The notes under the pieces: model-generated
The model's input: the letters and a program-made list of their open reading frames with translations, nothing else
Databases searched by the model: none
What the model was told of the DNA's origin: nothing
In this document: piece after piece, positions 1-12,759 of the stretch
Layout: each line of letters begins with the position of its first letter
Position numbering within the stretch: the first letter of the stretch is position 1
Program-made: the position numbers and the translations under genes
Assembly (NCBI GenBank): GCA_963773065.1
Contig: CAVYZN010000016.1
Location: 1-64,000, forward strand
Source: an uncultured Gammaproteobacteria bacterium
GTDB lineage: Bacteria; Pseudomonadota; Gammaproteobacteria; UBA9214
Direction: 5' to 3'
DNA: 64,000 bases

Positions 1-30
1 TTCTCTGCGTCTCTGCGGTGAATAAAAAGT

Positions 31-966
31 CTAGCCGCCATACACGGGCGGTTCGCCCGGCGGGCGGGTTTTGAAACGCCGGTGCACCCACAGGTATTGT
101 TCCGGTTGTTGCCGGATGCGTTCCTCGATGAGACTCGTGATGCGGCGCGTGTCCTGTTCGAGGTCCCCGCCCGGGAAATTCTCCAGCGCCGGGAGCAGGG
201 TGAGTTCATAGCCGCGCGCGCCGGGCAGGCGTCGCTGAAAGAAGGGCACCACCGGCGCGCCGCTCACCCGGGCGAGGCGCGAGGTCGCCGTCAGGGTGGC
301 GGCGGGTATGCCGAAGAAGGGCACGAACACGCTGTTGTCGCTGCCGAAATCCTGGTCGGGGGCATACCACACCGGCCGGTTCTGTTTCAGACTTTCCAGC
401 ATCGCGCGCAGGTCATCGCGCGGGATGACCTTTTCGAACAACCGGCGGCGCGATCTCCTCTGCAGGGTCTCGATGACGGGATTCTTGTGGGAGCGGTAGA
501 GCACATGAAAGGGCGTATGCAGCGACAACAGCCGGCCGCCGATCTCCAGGGTGGTGAAATGGGCGCTGAGCAGGATGGCGCCCCTGCCTCGTCACAGGGC
601 GGCCTCAAGATGCTCGAGCCCGTTGACCGTCACCAGTTCTCTGAGCCGGCGTTCGGACCCCCACCAACCGAGCGCCGTTTCGATCAGCGCGATGCCGAGC
701 GAGGCGAAGTGGGCATCCAGCAGTCGCTGGCGCTCGCTGTCGGTGAGCGCCGGGAAGCACAGGCTGAGATTGGTCAGGGCAATGTGCCGGCGATCCCTCG
801 CCAGCATCTGGATGACATGTCCCAGACCCCGCCCGATGGCCAGTTGCCAGGCATAGGGCAGCCGGGTTACGCACCACAGCAGCCCGGCCGCCAGCCAGGT
901 GATCCCGTGGCGCGGGCGGTAGCGGGCGCGGCGTTCGGACCGGCAGGCTTCGGTCAGTGCGGGCAT
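31..966 (-). CDS. lpxL: Lipid A biosynthesis lauroyl acyltransferase (LpxL/HtrB family), split by a frameshift near 590
   Basis: ORFs 592..966 (N-terminal TM, RRHIALTNLSLCFP) and 31..528 (WYAPDQDFG, FVPFFG, PEQYLWVHRRFKTRP) join into one typical LpxL; divergent from hldE. Confidence 0.9.
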
Positions 967-1076
967 GGTGTTTACCGGGTGGCGTCGGGTCCTTGCGGAT
1001 GGGATGGCCGTGATTATGGCATGAAAGGCCTGTGCTATTATCGCCGCAATGACTGAGGCGCCGGGTTGATGCTGTC

Positions 1077-2517
1077 ATGAAGCTGCCTATTCCTTCCTTT
1101 GACCAGGGGCGGGTTTTGATCGTCGGGGATGTCATGCTGGACCGTTACTGGCATGGCACCACCTCCAGAATCTCACCGGAAGCGCCGGTGCCGGTGGTGC
1201 ATGTCGGAAAGTCCGAGGAACGACCCGGCGGCGCCGCCAACGTGGCGCTCAATACCGCGGCGCTCGGCGCCCGCACCCGGCTGCTCGGGGTGACCGGCGA
1301 GGACGAGGCCGCCGCCTCGCTCGAGGCGCAACTCGCCGCGGCCGGTATCGAATGCCGTTTCCAGAAACTCACGCATGTCCCCACGGTGACCAAGTTGCGG
1401 GTGATCAGCCGTCATCAGCAACTGATCCGCCTGGATTTCGAAGACCGTTTCCAGGGCATCGACACCGAGCGCCTGCTGCGCGAGTTTCGCCAGGGGCTCG
1501 CCGGCTGTGATGTCGTGGTGCTCTCGGATTACGGCAAGGGAACGCTGGCGCAGGTCGGCGGGCTGATCGCGGCGGCGCGGCAGGCGGGCAAGCCGGTGCT
1601 CGTCGATCCCAAGGCGCCCGATTTCTCGCGTTACCGGGGCGCGAGCGTCATTACCCCCAATCTGGCGGAATTCGAGCTCGCGGCAGGGCCGTGCGCCGAT
1701 GAACGGACGCTGTGCGAGCGCGGCGGCGCCCTGCTTGCCCGCTATGCGATCGACGCCCTGCTGGTGACGCGCGGTGAACAGGGCATGACCCTGTTGCGCC
1801 GGGATGAAGCGCCGCTGTACCTGCCGGCCGAGGCGCGCGAGGTCTTCGATGTGACAGGCGCGGGTGACACGGTCATCGCGGTGCTGGCCGCCGCGCTGGC
1901 CGCGGGCGCCGACCTGCCGGCAGCGACCGCGCTGTCCAATCTGGCCGCCGGCATCGTGGTGGGCAAGCTCGGCACGGCCAGCGTCTCCCTGCCCGAGTTG
2001 CAGCGCGCCGTGCAGCGGGCGCAGGGCGCCGGTTACGGGGATTTGAGCCGGGAACAATTGCTGGCCGCGGTCGCGGATGCTCGCGCGCGCGGCGAACGGA
2101 TCGTCATGACCAACGGCTGCTTCGATCTTCTGCATGCGGGCCACGTCGCCTGTCTGCGTGAGGCGAGGCGCCTGGGTGACCGGCTGATCGTCGCCGTGAA
2201 TGACGATGCCTCCGTCACCCGGCTCAAGGGGAACGGCCGCCCGTTGAACCCGCTGGCACGGCGCATGGCGGTGCTGGCAGGCCTGGAGAGCGTTGACTGG
2301 GTTGTGCCGTTTTCGGAGGATACGCCGGAGCGGCTGATCGGCGAGATCGGCCCCGACGTGCTGGTCAAGGGCGGTGATTACCGGCCGGAGCAGATCGCCG
2401 GTTTCGACTGCGTGAGCAGGAAATGGCGGCGAGGTCGTGGTGCTGGGCTACGAGGACGGCTGCTCGACCAGCGCGCTGATCGAGACCATCCGGCAGCGGG
2501 AATCGCGAAAGTCGTAA
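1077..2517 (+). CDS. hldE: Bifunctional heptose-7-phosphate kinase / heptose-1-phosphate adenylyltransferase, frameshift near 2420
   Basis: [47 protein letters not shown]; the C-terminus [11 protein letters not shown] continues in another frame to TAA at 2515-2517. Confidence 0.95.
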
Positions 2518-2528
2518 GAAAATACGGT

Positions 2529-2559
2529 TTTCACCGCAAAGACGCAAAGAACGCAGAGA
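2529..2559. repeat. Left arm of a 9-bp-period REP-like intergenic inverted repeat (right arm at 4238-4268)
   Basis: TTCACCGCAAAGACGCAAAG matches the reverse complement of CTTTGCGACTTTGCGGTGAA at 19/20; related arms at 1-24, 32305-32367, 42443-42461 and 57755-57824. Confidence 0.75.
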
Positions 2560-2699
2560 ATCGAATAAATAACAAATTTACACATAGGTAACTGAAGTTT
2601 AGAGATTTCTACCTTTGCCCGATGCCGAGGGCATCCAGGCTACGCGAGAAATATTTTCAAAAAATGCAGAAAAAGCTTGACATGAAATTCGATTTGCGA

Positions 2700-2752
2700 G
2701 GTCGGCGCGTTGCTCGCTCGGTGTTGTTTTTAGAGCGAGCAACGCGGCGACC
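2700..2752. terminator. Strong GC-rich hairpin inside the IS left end, just upstream of the transposase
   Basis: GGTCGGCGCGTTGCTCGCTC pairs with GAGCGAGCAACGCGGCGACC (one mismatch), 32 nt before ATG 2785; terminator or translational-shield role is inferred. Confidence 0.55.
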
Positions 2753-2784
2753 AATGAAGGGTTTTCGATCTCGGATACCCTCTC

Positions 2785-4061
2785 ATGTCGCTCACCGCCC
2801 AAGTTTGCCTGCTGCTCTCGGAATGGATTTCCTTTCTTCTGCTGGCCGTTCCACCACGCTCCCGTCGGACGTTTGTCGAACTCCTGATCGGTTGCATGCT
2901 CAACCCGGAAGGCTGGGTCACCCGCGCCATCGGGGCCATTCGCCGCGAGGCGCACTGGACCACCTATTACAAGCTGATCGAGCGAGCGCAGGTATCGGTC
3001 GCCGACTTGTCCGTCCGTTTGCTGCAATTGGTGCAAGCGGTGTTCCCGAACGAACTGGTGAATCTGATCATCGACGATACGCTGGTTCCGCGTTGCGCGA
3101 AGTCGGGACCTGGTATCAGTATCAAACACGATCACAGCCACAAGGCCAATCGGCCCACCTTTCTGAACAGCCAGTGCTGGGTCACGCTGGCACTGGTCGT
3201 GCGCGTCAGGCTGGGCTCGGCGCTGACGATACCGATCCGCTCCTGGTTGGTCGAAGAATCGGGCCAACGCGGCAAGCTCTGGGTGGCGAGGCAACTGATC
3301 GATTCGATCAGGGGGCACGTCAAGGAGGTGCGTTTGCTGATCGATGCATGGTTCATGCGCAAGCGCCTGATTCTGCCCTTGCTCGAACAGAAGGTGCGCA
3401 TCATCGGGCAGGTGCGGCGGGATACGGCGCTGTTTCTGCCGCCGGAGTCGGAACCGAAGCGCCGGGGGCCAAAACGCAAATACGGGCAGCGGATCGATGC
3501 GGCCATGCTGGATACGCTGCCCGCGCAGGAGATCGAACTGATGCTGTACGGCAAGATGCAGCGGGTGAGGCTGCGCTCGGTCACCGCCGTGGTGCGATTC
3601 CTGAAGGGGGTGCCGGTGCGGGCGGTGTGGTGCGAGATGCGCCAGGACGACAACACCTGGTCGCGTCCGCGATTGATTCTGGCGACCGAGACAGAACTGT
3701 CGGCTCAAGCCGTGGTGGAAATCTATGCCGAGCGCTGGGGTATCGAGCCGTTGTTTCACAACCTGAAGCGATGGTGGGGAATGACGAACCTGTGGCAGCA
3801 ATCGAAGGCCGCACTGGAACTGTGGATGCAGGTTCGTTCCACGGCGTATGCCCTGGTGCAATTGTCGCCCTGAAGTTGTGGGAATTCTTCCCGTTGATGG
3901 AGATCGCACCTTGGCGCAAGGGAGCGTTGATTACGGCTGGACTTTTCGGCCAGTGGATGCGCATCCAATTTATCGGACTTCGCGTGCGCGATGCCTGCAA
4001 CCCGAAGTCGGGGAATTTTGTGATGCCTTTCCCCGTCCAGGATCAGCGTTTGCAGTGTTGA
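2785..4061 (+). CDS. DDE transposase (IS701/IS4-like), frameshift near 3868
   Basis: Motifs IIDDT, LIDAWF and YAERWGIEPLFHNLK; the C-terminus continues in the 2622..4061 frame; lies between the IS terminal repeats. Confidence 0.9.
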
Positions 4062-4301
4062 AGTATGCGGCATCGCGTTTGTCGGTTTCGAATCGTGTTC
4101 TTTACGTTTGTCGTGCCTCGCCAGCATGGATAATTCAGGGCGGCAGGCAACGGCGTGTGTCTAAACTTCAGACATAGGTAATACAGCGGCATTATTCCGA
4201 CCACTTATTGTTTGATAGATGTTTCATTAGATTTTTCCTTTGTGTACTTTGCGACTTTGCGGTGAATATATGTTTCTGACAAATACATCAGCCAAAACTA
4301 A

Positions 4302-5253
4302 ATGATCATCGTCACCGGAGGCGCCGGGTTCATCGGCAGCAATATCGTCAAGGGGCTCAATGAGCGGGGCCGCGAGGATATTCTGGTGGTGGACGACCTG
4401 ACGGACGGCGCGAAATTCCGCAATCTCGCCGATTGCGAGATTCTCGATTTCATCGACAAGGACGACTTCATCGCGACGCCGCAGGGATGCGCGGGGCTGG
4501 CGGTGCCGGTGGAGGCGGTTTTTCACCAGGGCGCCTGTTCCAGCACCACGGAGCAGGATGGCCGCTATCTCATGAAAAACAACTACGCGTATTCCCGGCA
4601 GTTGTTGCAGTTCTGCCTTGAGAATCAGGCGGCGTTTCTATACGCCTCATCGGCCTCGGTATACGGCGGCGGGGATGACTTCGGCGAAACCCGCGAAAAC
4701 GAGGCCCCGCTCAACGTCTACGGCTATTCCAAGTTCCTGTTCGACCAGCAGGTGCGGCGGATCCTGCCCAGGGCGAGGAGCCAGGTCGCGGGTTTCCGCT
4801 ATTTCAACGTGTACGGACCCCGTGAACAGCACAAGGGCGACATGGCCAGCGTGGCCTGGCATTTCAGCCGGCAGCTCGACATGCCGGTGCAAACCCGCGC
4901 CTCTTCAGGGGCTGTGACGGCTATGCCGATGGCGAGCAGCGCCGTGATTTTGTCTACGTGGACGACGTCGTGGACGTCAATCTCTGGTTCCTGGACCATG
5001 CCGACAAATCCGGGATCTTCAATATCGGCACCGGATCCTCCCACACCTTTAATGCGCTCGCCGCCGCGCTGATCGACTGGTACGGCCGGGGTGAGGTCGA
5101 GTACATTCCCCTTTCCGGAGCATTTGCGCGGCCATTACCAGTCATACCCGGGCCGACCTCACGGCGCTGCGCGCGGCGGGATACGAAAAGCCGTTCCGAT
5201 CCCTCGAGGAAGGCGTGCCGCTGTACATGAAGTGGCTGAGTGATCATGGATGA
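4302..5253 (+). CDS. hldD: ADP-L-glycero-D-manno-heptose 6-epimerase, several frameshifts
   Basis: [52 protein letters not shown]; later frames give [16 protein letters not shown] and LYMKWL. Confidence 0.93.
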
Positions 5254-5316
5254 CGGCGGCGCGGCGGCACGGGGATGCGGTCATCGCGCCCGGCGCGAGG
5301 CGTCGACCGACCTCGC

Positions 5317-6600
5317 GTGAGAGCGCTCTATACAGCCCTGCTCTATCTGCTGGCGCCCCTGGTGCTGCTACGCCTTGCCTGGCGCGGACTGCGTTATCCG
5401 GAGTACCGGCAATGCTGGGCGGAACGCTTCGGCGCCATACATCCCGCCGTGGGAGAACGGGTCATCTGGGTGCACGCCGTGTCCGTGGGCGAGGTTCAGG
5501 CGGCCGAATCCATGATCAGGGCGTTGCTTGACCTGTACCCGGAGTATTCGATCCTGATGACGACAGTTACCCCCACCGGCGCGGCGCATGTCGCGGAACT
5601 GTTTGATGGCGAGGTCGCGCACGTCTATGCCCCGTATGACCTGCCCGATGTGGTGTCGCGTTTTATCGATCGCGTCCGCCCGCGGCTGGCTATCGTCATG
5701 GAAACCGAATTGTGGCCGAACCTCTTCCGGGCCTGCCGCAGGAAGAAAATTCCGCTGTTGCTGGTCAATGCCCGCCTTTCGGATAAATCGCTGGCGGGGT
5801 ACCGGCGTTTCCGCGGGCTGATCGGCAAGACGCTCGAGGCCGTCACGCAGATTGCGGCCCGCACGCCACTCGATGCGGAGCGCTTCGTGTCGCTGGGCGC
5901 CGCTCCCGACAGGATCAGTGTCTCGGGCAACCTGAAATTCGAACTGCACATACCAGCCGGCCTGCATGAAAAGGCGGCCTGCTGCGCCTGGAGTGGGGCG
6001 TGAACCGGCCCGTGTGGATCGCCGGCAGTACCCACGAGGGTGAAGACGAACTGATCCTCGACGTGTTCAGGGAGATTCGCAAGACAATCAGCGACTGCCT
6101 GCTGGTGCTGGTTCCCCGCCATCCGGAGCGATTTGCCGCGAGTCGCCGAGCTGTGCCGCCAGCGCGGCTACCGCGGCGTGCTGCGCAGCGAGCGGCTGGC
6201 CTGCGAGCCGGATACCGCCGTCTTCATCGGCGATTCGATGGGCGAACTGCTGATGTTCTATGCCGCCGCGGACGTGGCCTTCGTGGGCGGCAGCCTGGTC
6301 GATGCCGGCGGGCATAACATGCTGGAGCCGGCCGCCCTGGGTAAACCGGTGGTGACCGGCCCGCATGTGGCCAATTTTTCCGGGGTCTGCCGATTGCTGC
6401 TAAGGCCGGCGCCTGCCGCCAGGTGGTGAATCACGGCGGAGCTGCAGGACACCGTACGGTGATGGCTGCAGGATAGCGGTGAACGCCACCGGGTGGGCGA
6501 CAGGGGCCGGGTAGCGGTCGAGCAGAACCGCGGTGCGCTGGCGACGGTGCTGGGGATGATCGACAATCAATCTGGCCGCGGGAGAAGGGAGAAGTGCTGA
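5317..6600 (+). CDS. waaA: 3-deoxy-D-manno-octulosonic acid (Kdo) transferase, frameshifted
   Basis: IWVHAVSVGEV, METELWPNL, NARLS, GNLKF, WIAGSTHEGE, VPRHPERF, GDSMGEL, GGSLVDAGGHNMLEPAA across three ORF pieces. Confidence 0.92.
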
Positions 6601-6706
6601 AGTAAGAGAGTAAGAAGTGAGAAGTGAGGGGGCAGGGCTTGACTTCTGATCCGGACCGACTAATCCAACTTCTTTTCACTTTTCACTTTTCACTTTTCAC
6701 TTTTCA
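6598..6706. repeat. Heptamer inverted-repeat element: degenerate (AAGTGAG)n arm, TTGACTTCTGA core, (CTTTTCA)5 arm
   Basis: Five exact CTTTTCA copies at 6672-6706 and complementary GAAGTGA-type units at 6598-6628; sits between convergent genes. Confidence 0.85.
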
Positions 6707-7233
6707 GCCGGTATAGCGAATACCGCGGCGGGCGGCCATGGCGGAGCCGATATCCTTTAACTGGCGGCTGCTCAGGCTGCTTTCCGCGCGCGGCAGGAAT
6801 TCCATGTTTTCCCGCTTGACGTGCTGCCGGTTCAACTGACAGAAGGCATGCACCCGTTCGGCCAGGGCGGCGTGATCGGTGACATCCCGCAGCCGTTTGA
6901 GATCGGTGGCGATTGCCTCCCAAAGGGCGTCGAGTTGCCGGTGTTCCTGCCTGAGGCCGTGCACCAGGTCCGCCATTTCAATGACTGGCGCGTGAGCAGG
7001 GGGAACAGGTCGATTTCCTCATCCTGGTGGTGGAACCGGGCGCTGGTTGAGAAATAGTTCATGACCTTGCGCGCCGCGCTATGGACTTCTTCTTCCTTGT
7101 CGGTCTTGCCCAGGATTGCGACCAGTTCTTCCAGCAGATCGCAATGGGCGAGGATTTTCGTATGGCAGGCGCGCAGCAGGGCCAGTGGCTGGTCAAAGCC
7201 GGGCAGGGTTTCAGGTAGTCCCTTGTCTTCCAT
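6704..7233 (-). CDS. Hemerythrin HHE cation-binding domain protein, frameshift near 6978
   Basis: FDQPLALLRACH, YF....HHQDEEIDLFPLL, LRQEHRQLD, QHVKREN..FLP are typical His/Glu HHE motifs. Confidence 0.85.
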
Positions 7234-7365
7234 CGCGTCTGTTTCCAGGCCGGTTATGCTTTGGAGGAAATGATGTGAGACAGGAAAAGTAATGAAGTGA
7301 GAAGTAAAAAGTGAGACGTTATCAAGATAGGAGTTGACTTCTGACGGGATCAGGCGATCATCCTG

Positions 7366-7533
7366 CTTCTCACTTCTCACTTCTCACTTCTCACTTCTCA
7401 CTTCTCACTTCTCACTTCTCACTTCTCACTTCTCACTTCTCACTTCTCACTTCTCACTTCTCACTTCTCACTTCTCACTTCTCACTTCTCACTTCTCACT
7501 TCTCACTTCTCACTTCTCACTTCTCACTTCTCA
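7366..7533. repeat. Perfect tandem repeat (CTTCTCA)24; right arm of a second heptamer element that starts near 7271
   Basis: 168 bp of exact 7-mers abutting the tolC stop; degenerate AAGTGAG arm at 7271-7316 and the same TTGACTTCTGA core at 7334-7344. Confidence 0.95.
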
Positions 7534-7535
7534 CT

Positions 7536-8862
7536 TCACTGCAGCAGGGCGTTGATCAGTTTCAGATCCTCTTCGCCGAGGGTGCCGGCGGATTGCTCCA
7601 GGCGCAGCATGTCCAGCAGATAGTCATAGCGGGAGCGGGCATGGTCGCGTTTGGCGCTCAGCAGGTCGCGCTGGGTATCGAGCACGTCGACGATGGTGCG
7701 GGTCCCCACGTCGAAACCGGCCTCGGCCGCCTCCAGTGCCTTCTCGTTGGATAGCACCGCCTGTTTCAACGCCGTCACCTTGCTGATGCCGGTCATGACG
7801 CCGCGGTAATTATCGCGTGCCTGCCGTTCGGTGGCAGCGAAGTTGCTGTACCTGGTTCTCCTGGGCCTGGTTGAACTGATACTGCGACTGGCGTGTTTTC
7901 GAGTTGACCAGCCCTCCCTGGTAGAGCGGCAGGTTCATCTCCACCCCGATGGAGCTGTCATTGCGTTCCTGGCTGATGCCGAGGCCGCCGAAGTTGTTGT
8001 TGCGCCAAGCGTAGTCGGCCGTCAGGTCCACGGTTGGATAATGACCGGAACGCTGGATGTCGATCTCCTGGCGGGCGACCTCGGTCGCCTGTCTTGCCGC
8101 GAGCAGCAGGGGGTTCTGGTCGGTCGCTATGCCGACCCATTGCTCCTCCACGGCGGGGTCGGGCGCGGTCAGGGGGATCTCGGGTTGCAGGATTTCAAGC
8201 GTTCCGGGAATGACACCCGTCAGTTCCCGCAATGCCTCCCGGGCATCGGCCAGCAGTTTCTCTGCATTGATTTCGTCGCTGACCGCGATGTCGTAGCGAG
8301 CCTGCGCCTCCAGCACATCCGTGATGGCGGAGAGTCCCACGTCGAAACGCTGTTTGGCCTGGTCCAGGGTGCGTGCGATGGCATCCTTATCCCCCTTGAC
8401 GAACGCCAGATTGTCCTGTGCGCCGAGCACCAGAAAATAACGTGTCGCCACGCGCAGGACCAGATCCTGCTCTGCGGCGGTCAGTTGGGCCTGCGCCTGG
8501 GCGACAACACTGTCGGATTGCTCGAGCTTCAGAAAATTCTCGCGCTGGTAGATGGCCTGGCGCAATTGGGCGCCAAAGGTCTTGTTGGTGGCATAGCTGT
8601 TCTCAGGGTCGCCGGCCGAAGGCGAACGGTTGTGATAACGGTCCCTGGTGACGACGCCAGTCGTGCCGATATTGGGCAACAGCGGCGCGCGGCTTTGCGG
8701 GATAACCTCCGTTGTAGCCTGATAGCTCGCTTCCGCCGCCAACAACTGGGGGTCCGATTGCACGGCCAGTTGATAGACCGAGAGCATGTCATCGGCAAGG
8801 CCCGGCAGCGGCACCGCCAGCCACAGGAGATGCAGCAGAAACCGTTTGCGGGTTAGACGCAT
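7536..8862 (-). CDS. tolC: TolC family outer membrane channel, frameshift near 7835
   Basis: Signal peptide, [58 protein letters not shown]. Confidence 0.92.
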
Positions 8863-8894
8863 GCGTATGTCCTTGATCACCGGGGCGTATATCA

Positions 8895-9557
8895 CTAAAG
8901 GACAAACCGCTGTGGTGCCGCCGCATGCAGGAGCGGCGGCAGCGAGGTTTCGAACAGGCTCTCCTGTGACCAGTTGTGCTCGTCGATCCGGGTGATGAGC
9001 AGCGCTTCCATGATCGGCGGTGTGCCGGTTATGACGAACAGGCGGCCGCCGACTGCCAGATTGTCGTGGAAGTGCCGGTGCAATACCGGCAGTGAACCGG
9101 TCACGGCGATGACATTATAACGCGTAGCGGTGTCGATGCCGTTGGCGGCGTCGCCGTCTTTGAGCGTGACATTGCGGTAACCGTTTGCACCCAGTTTTAC
9201 CGCGGCGGCCTCACGGAATTCCGTAAATATCTCGTAACTGGTAACGTGATTGCCCAGCCTGGAGAGGCAGGCCGTCAGGTAGCCGCTGCCCGTGCCGATT
9301 TCCAGGATCGAATCAGCGGGCTGGATGTCCAGGACCTGCAGCAGGCGCCCTTCCGTCTTGGGCGCCATCATGACCTGTTCGCGGCCCAAGGGGATATTGA
9401 TATCGGCGAAGGCTAGGGAACGGTATTTCCCGGGCACGAAGTCTTCGCGGGGGGTGCTGCTCATCACATCCAGAACTCTTTGGTCGAGCACATCGCAGGG
9501 ACGCACCTGCTGCTCGATCATGTTGAAGCGGGCTTGTTCAATATCTATCTGACTCAT
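8895..9557 (-). CDS. pcm: Protein-L-isoaspartate O-methyltransferase family protein
   Basis: ARFNMIEQQVRP, PREDFVP, ILEIGTGSGY, SLFET; usual neighbour of tolC. Confidence 0.9.
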   Translation of the reverse strand: MSQIDIEQARFNMIEQQVRPCDVLDQRVLDVMSSTPREDFVPGKYRSLAFADINIPLGREQVMMAPKTEGRLLQVLDIQPADSILEIGTGSGYLTACLSRLGNHVTSYEIFTEFREAAAVKLGANGYRNVTLKDGDAANGIDTATRYNVIAVTGSLPVLHRHFHDNLAVGGRLFVITGTPPIMEALLITRIDEHNWSQESLFETSLPPLLHAAAPQRFVL

Positions 9558-9735
9558 ATGAGTTTGTTGCACGGTTAATAGGCAAGGCGAACAAGGGTAC
9601 GGGGTTTGCCGCCGACTGGCAAGGATTTGACCCGGATAAGGATTGCCATCATCAGTCAAAACAATGTCTTATGTAATTACAGGTTTATTGGCTCGCTTGC
9701 AATGACAGGCGCCTTTCGCTACCGTGTAGCCTGCG

Positions 9736-9812
9736 TAGCTGGGGGTGCCCGAGTCGGGCTGAGACAGACCCTTCGAACCTGATCCGGCTGAAACCGGCGT
9801 AGGGAAGCTCAG
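9736..9812 (+). ncRNA. TPP riboswitch (THI element)
   Basis: GGGGTGCCC..GGGCTGAGA..ACCCTTCGAACCTGATCCGG..ACCGGCGTAGGGAAG matches the TPP aptamer consensus; directly upstream of thiC. Confidence 0.95.
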
Positions 9813-9855
9813 GTACCTGCCGGCCGCGATACCCCCATCAAGACAGGAAGGTACC

Positions 9856-11739
<1,884 letters not shown>

Positions 11740-11833
11740 ATATCTGTCTGGCATCCACGGACGCGGGTTTGCCGGTACCCGGTTCATCAAGGTAGTGCAC
11801 CAAGGGACAGTTCATTCTTCAAGGATCTTCTCC

Positions 11834-12757
11834 ATGATTGACTTCAAGCAAAACTTCAGCGCGCGCATGCTGCTCAGGATGATCGTACTATCCCTGGTTG
11901 TTCTGGTCGGCATCCTGGCCAATATCGAGTTCTTCAAAAATCTCTATTTCAGCCACCAGCTGACCTCGGCCGGCCTGATCACCAACGGCGGTATCCTGCT
12001 GTTGTTTTCCCTCGGGCTGGTGAAGGTCGTGCTGTCCCTGCTGCGCTACATGCGCGAGGAGTCCGCCCTGGCGAAGTTCGTCACCGCCCTGGGGAGCGAG
12101 AAAAATCCCCTCAAGGGAATCAGTCCGAGAAGCCTCGTGGCGCAGCGCTACGCCATGATCGTGGCGATGAGCGAGAAGAACGCCCGCATCAACCAGAGCG
12201 CGCTGGCCGCCACCCTGGCGGCGGACGAGAGCACGCGCACCAGTTTCGCCAAATACGTAAGCAACATCCTGATCCTGACCGGCGTATTCGGCACCTGCGT
12301 CTCCCTGTCGATCGCCCTGGCGGGTGTCACCGATCTGCTCGATTCGGCCCAGGGCAGCGGGAATATGGGGCTGGTCATGCACGGGATGTCAACGGCGCTG
12401 TCCACCACCATCACGGCCATCGTGTCCTATCTCTTCTTTGGCTACTTCTACCTCAAGCTGAATGATGCCCAGGTGCATGTCCTGAGCAGCCTCGAGGAGG
12501 TGACCACGCTGTACCTGCTGCCGACCTTCGCGCGCGACAAGGACAGCCTGCTGCACGAGGTCGCCGGCCTGGTCCACGGCCTGCGCCAGGCGGCCGAAGC
12601 CATGAGAGCCACCCAGCAGGATTACGCGGCAGCGGGCAACCGCCTGCACGAGGTGTTGACGACACTGGACCTGCGGGTGAACAGCGTGACCGATGATGTC
12701 GGGACGATCAAGAAACTGCTGCGTGATGGATTCCGTCTTCCCGCCAAGGTCGAGTGA
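11834..12757 (+). CDS. MotA/TolQ/ExbB proton-channel family membrane protein
   Basis: About four hydrophobic helices; GVFGT and GMSTALSTT correspond to the ExbB/TolQ GLxGT and GIxxALxTT motifs; C-terminal helical tail. Confidence 0.8.
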   Translation: MIDFKQNFSARMLLRMIVLSLVVLVGILANIEFFKNLYFSHQLTSAGLITNGGILLLFSLGLVKVVLSLLRYMREESALAKFVTALGSEKNPLKGISPRSLVAQRYAMIVAMSEKNARINQSALAATLAADESTRTSFAKYVSNILILTGVFGTCVSLSIALAGVTDLLDSAQGSGNMGLVMHGMSTALSTTITAIVSYLFFGYFYLKLNDAQVHVLSSLEEVTTLYLLPTFARDKDSLLHEVAGLVHGLRQAAEAMRATQQDYAAAGNRLHEVLTTLDLRVNSVTDDVGTIKKLLRDGFRLPAKVE

Positions 12758-12759
12758 CC

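Larger units (their letters stand above)
2592..4171 (+). mobile_element. Complete insertion sequence (1580 bp), IS701/IS4-like DDE type
   Basis: Terminal inverted repeats CTGAAGTTTAGAGA (2592-2605) and TGTCTAAACTTCAG (4158-4171), 13/14 match; flanked by the 10-bp direct repeat ACATAGGTAA at 2582-2591 and 4172-4181. Confidence 0.95.

Noticed and set aside
3860-3875. Programmed frameshift in the transposase
   Set aside because: No slippery A-run here, and the background indel rate in the window is high
6460-6462. In-frame TGA in waaA as selenocysteine or programmed read-through
   Set aside because: Non-catalytic position in a gene with several other errors; a sequencing error is simpler
7366-7533. 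Possible CRISPR array
   Set aside because: Contiguous 7-mers without unique spacers, and no cas genes
7334-7555. 73-aa ORF with (SHFSLLT)n repeats
   Set aside because: It is only the translation of the CTTCTCA array; no RBS or independent coding evidence
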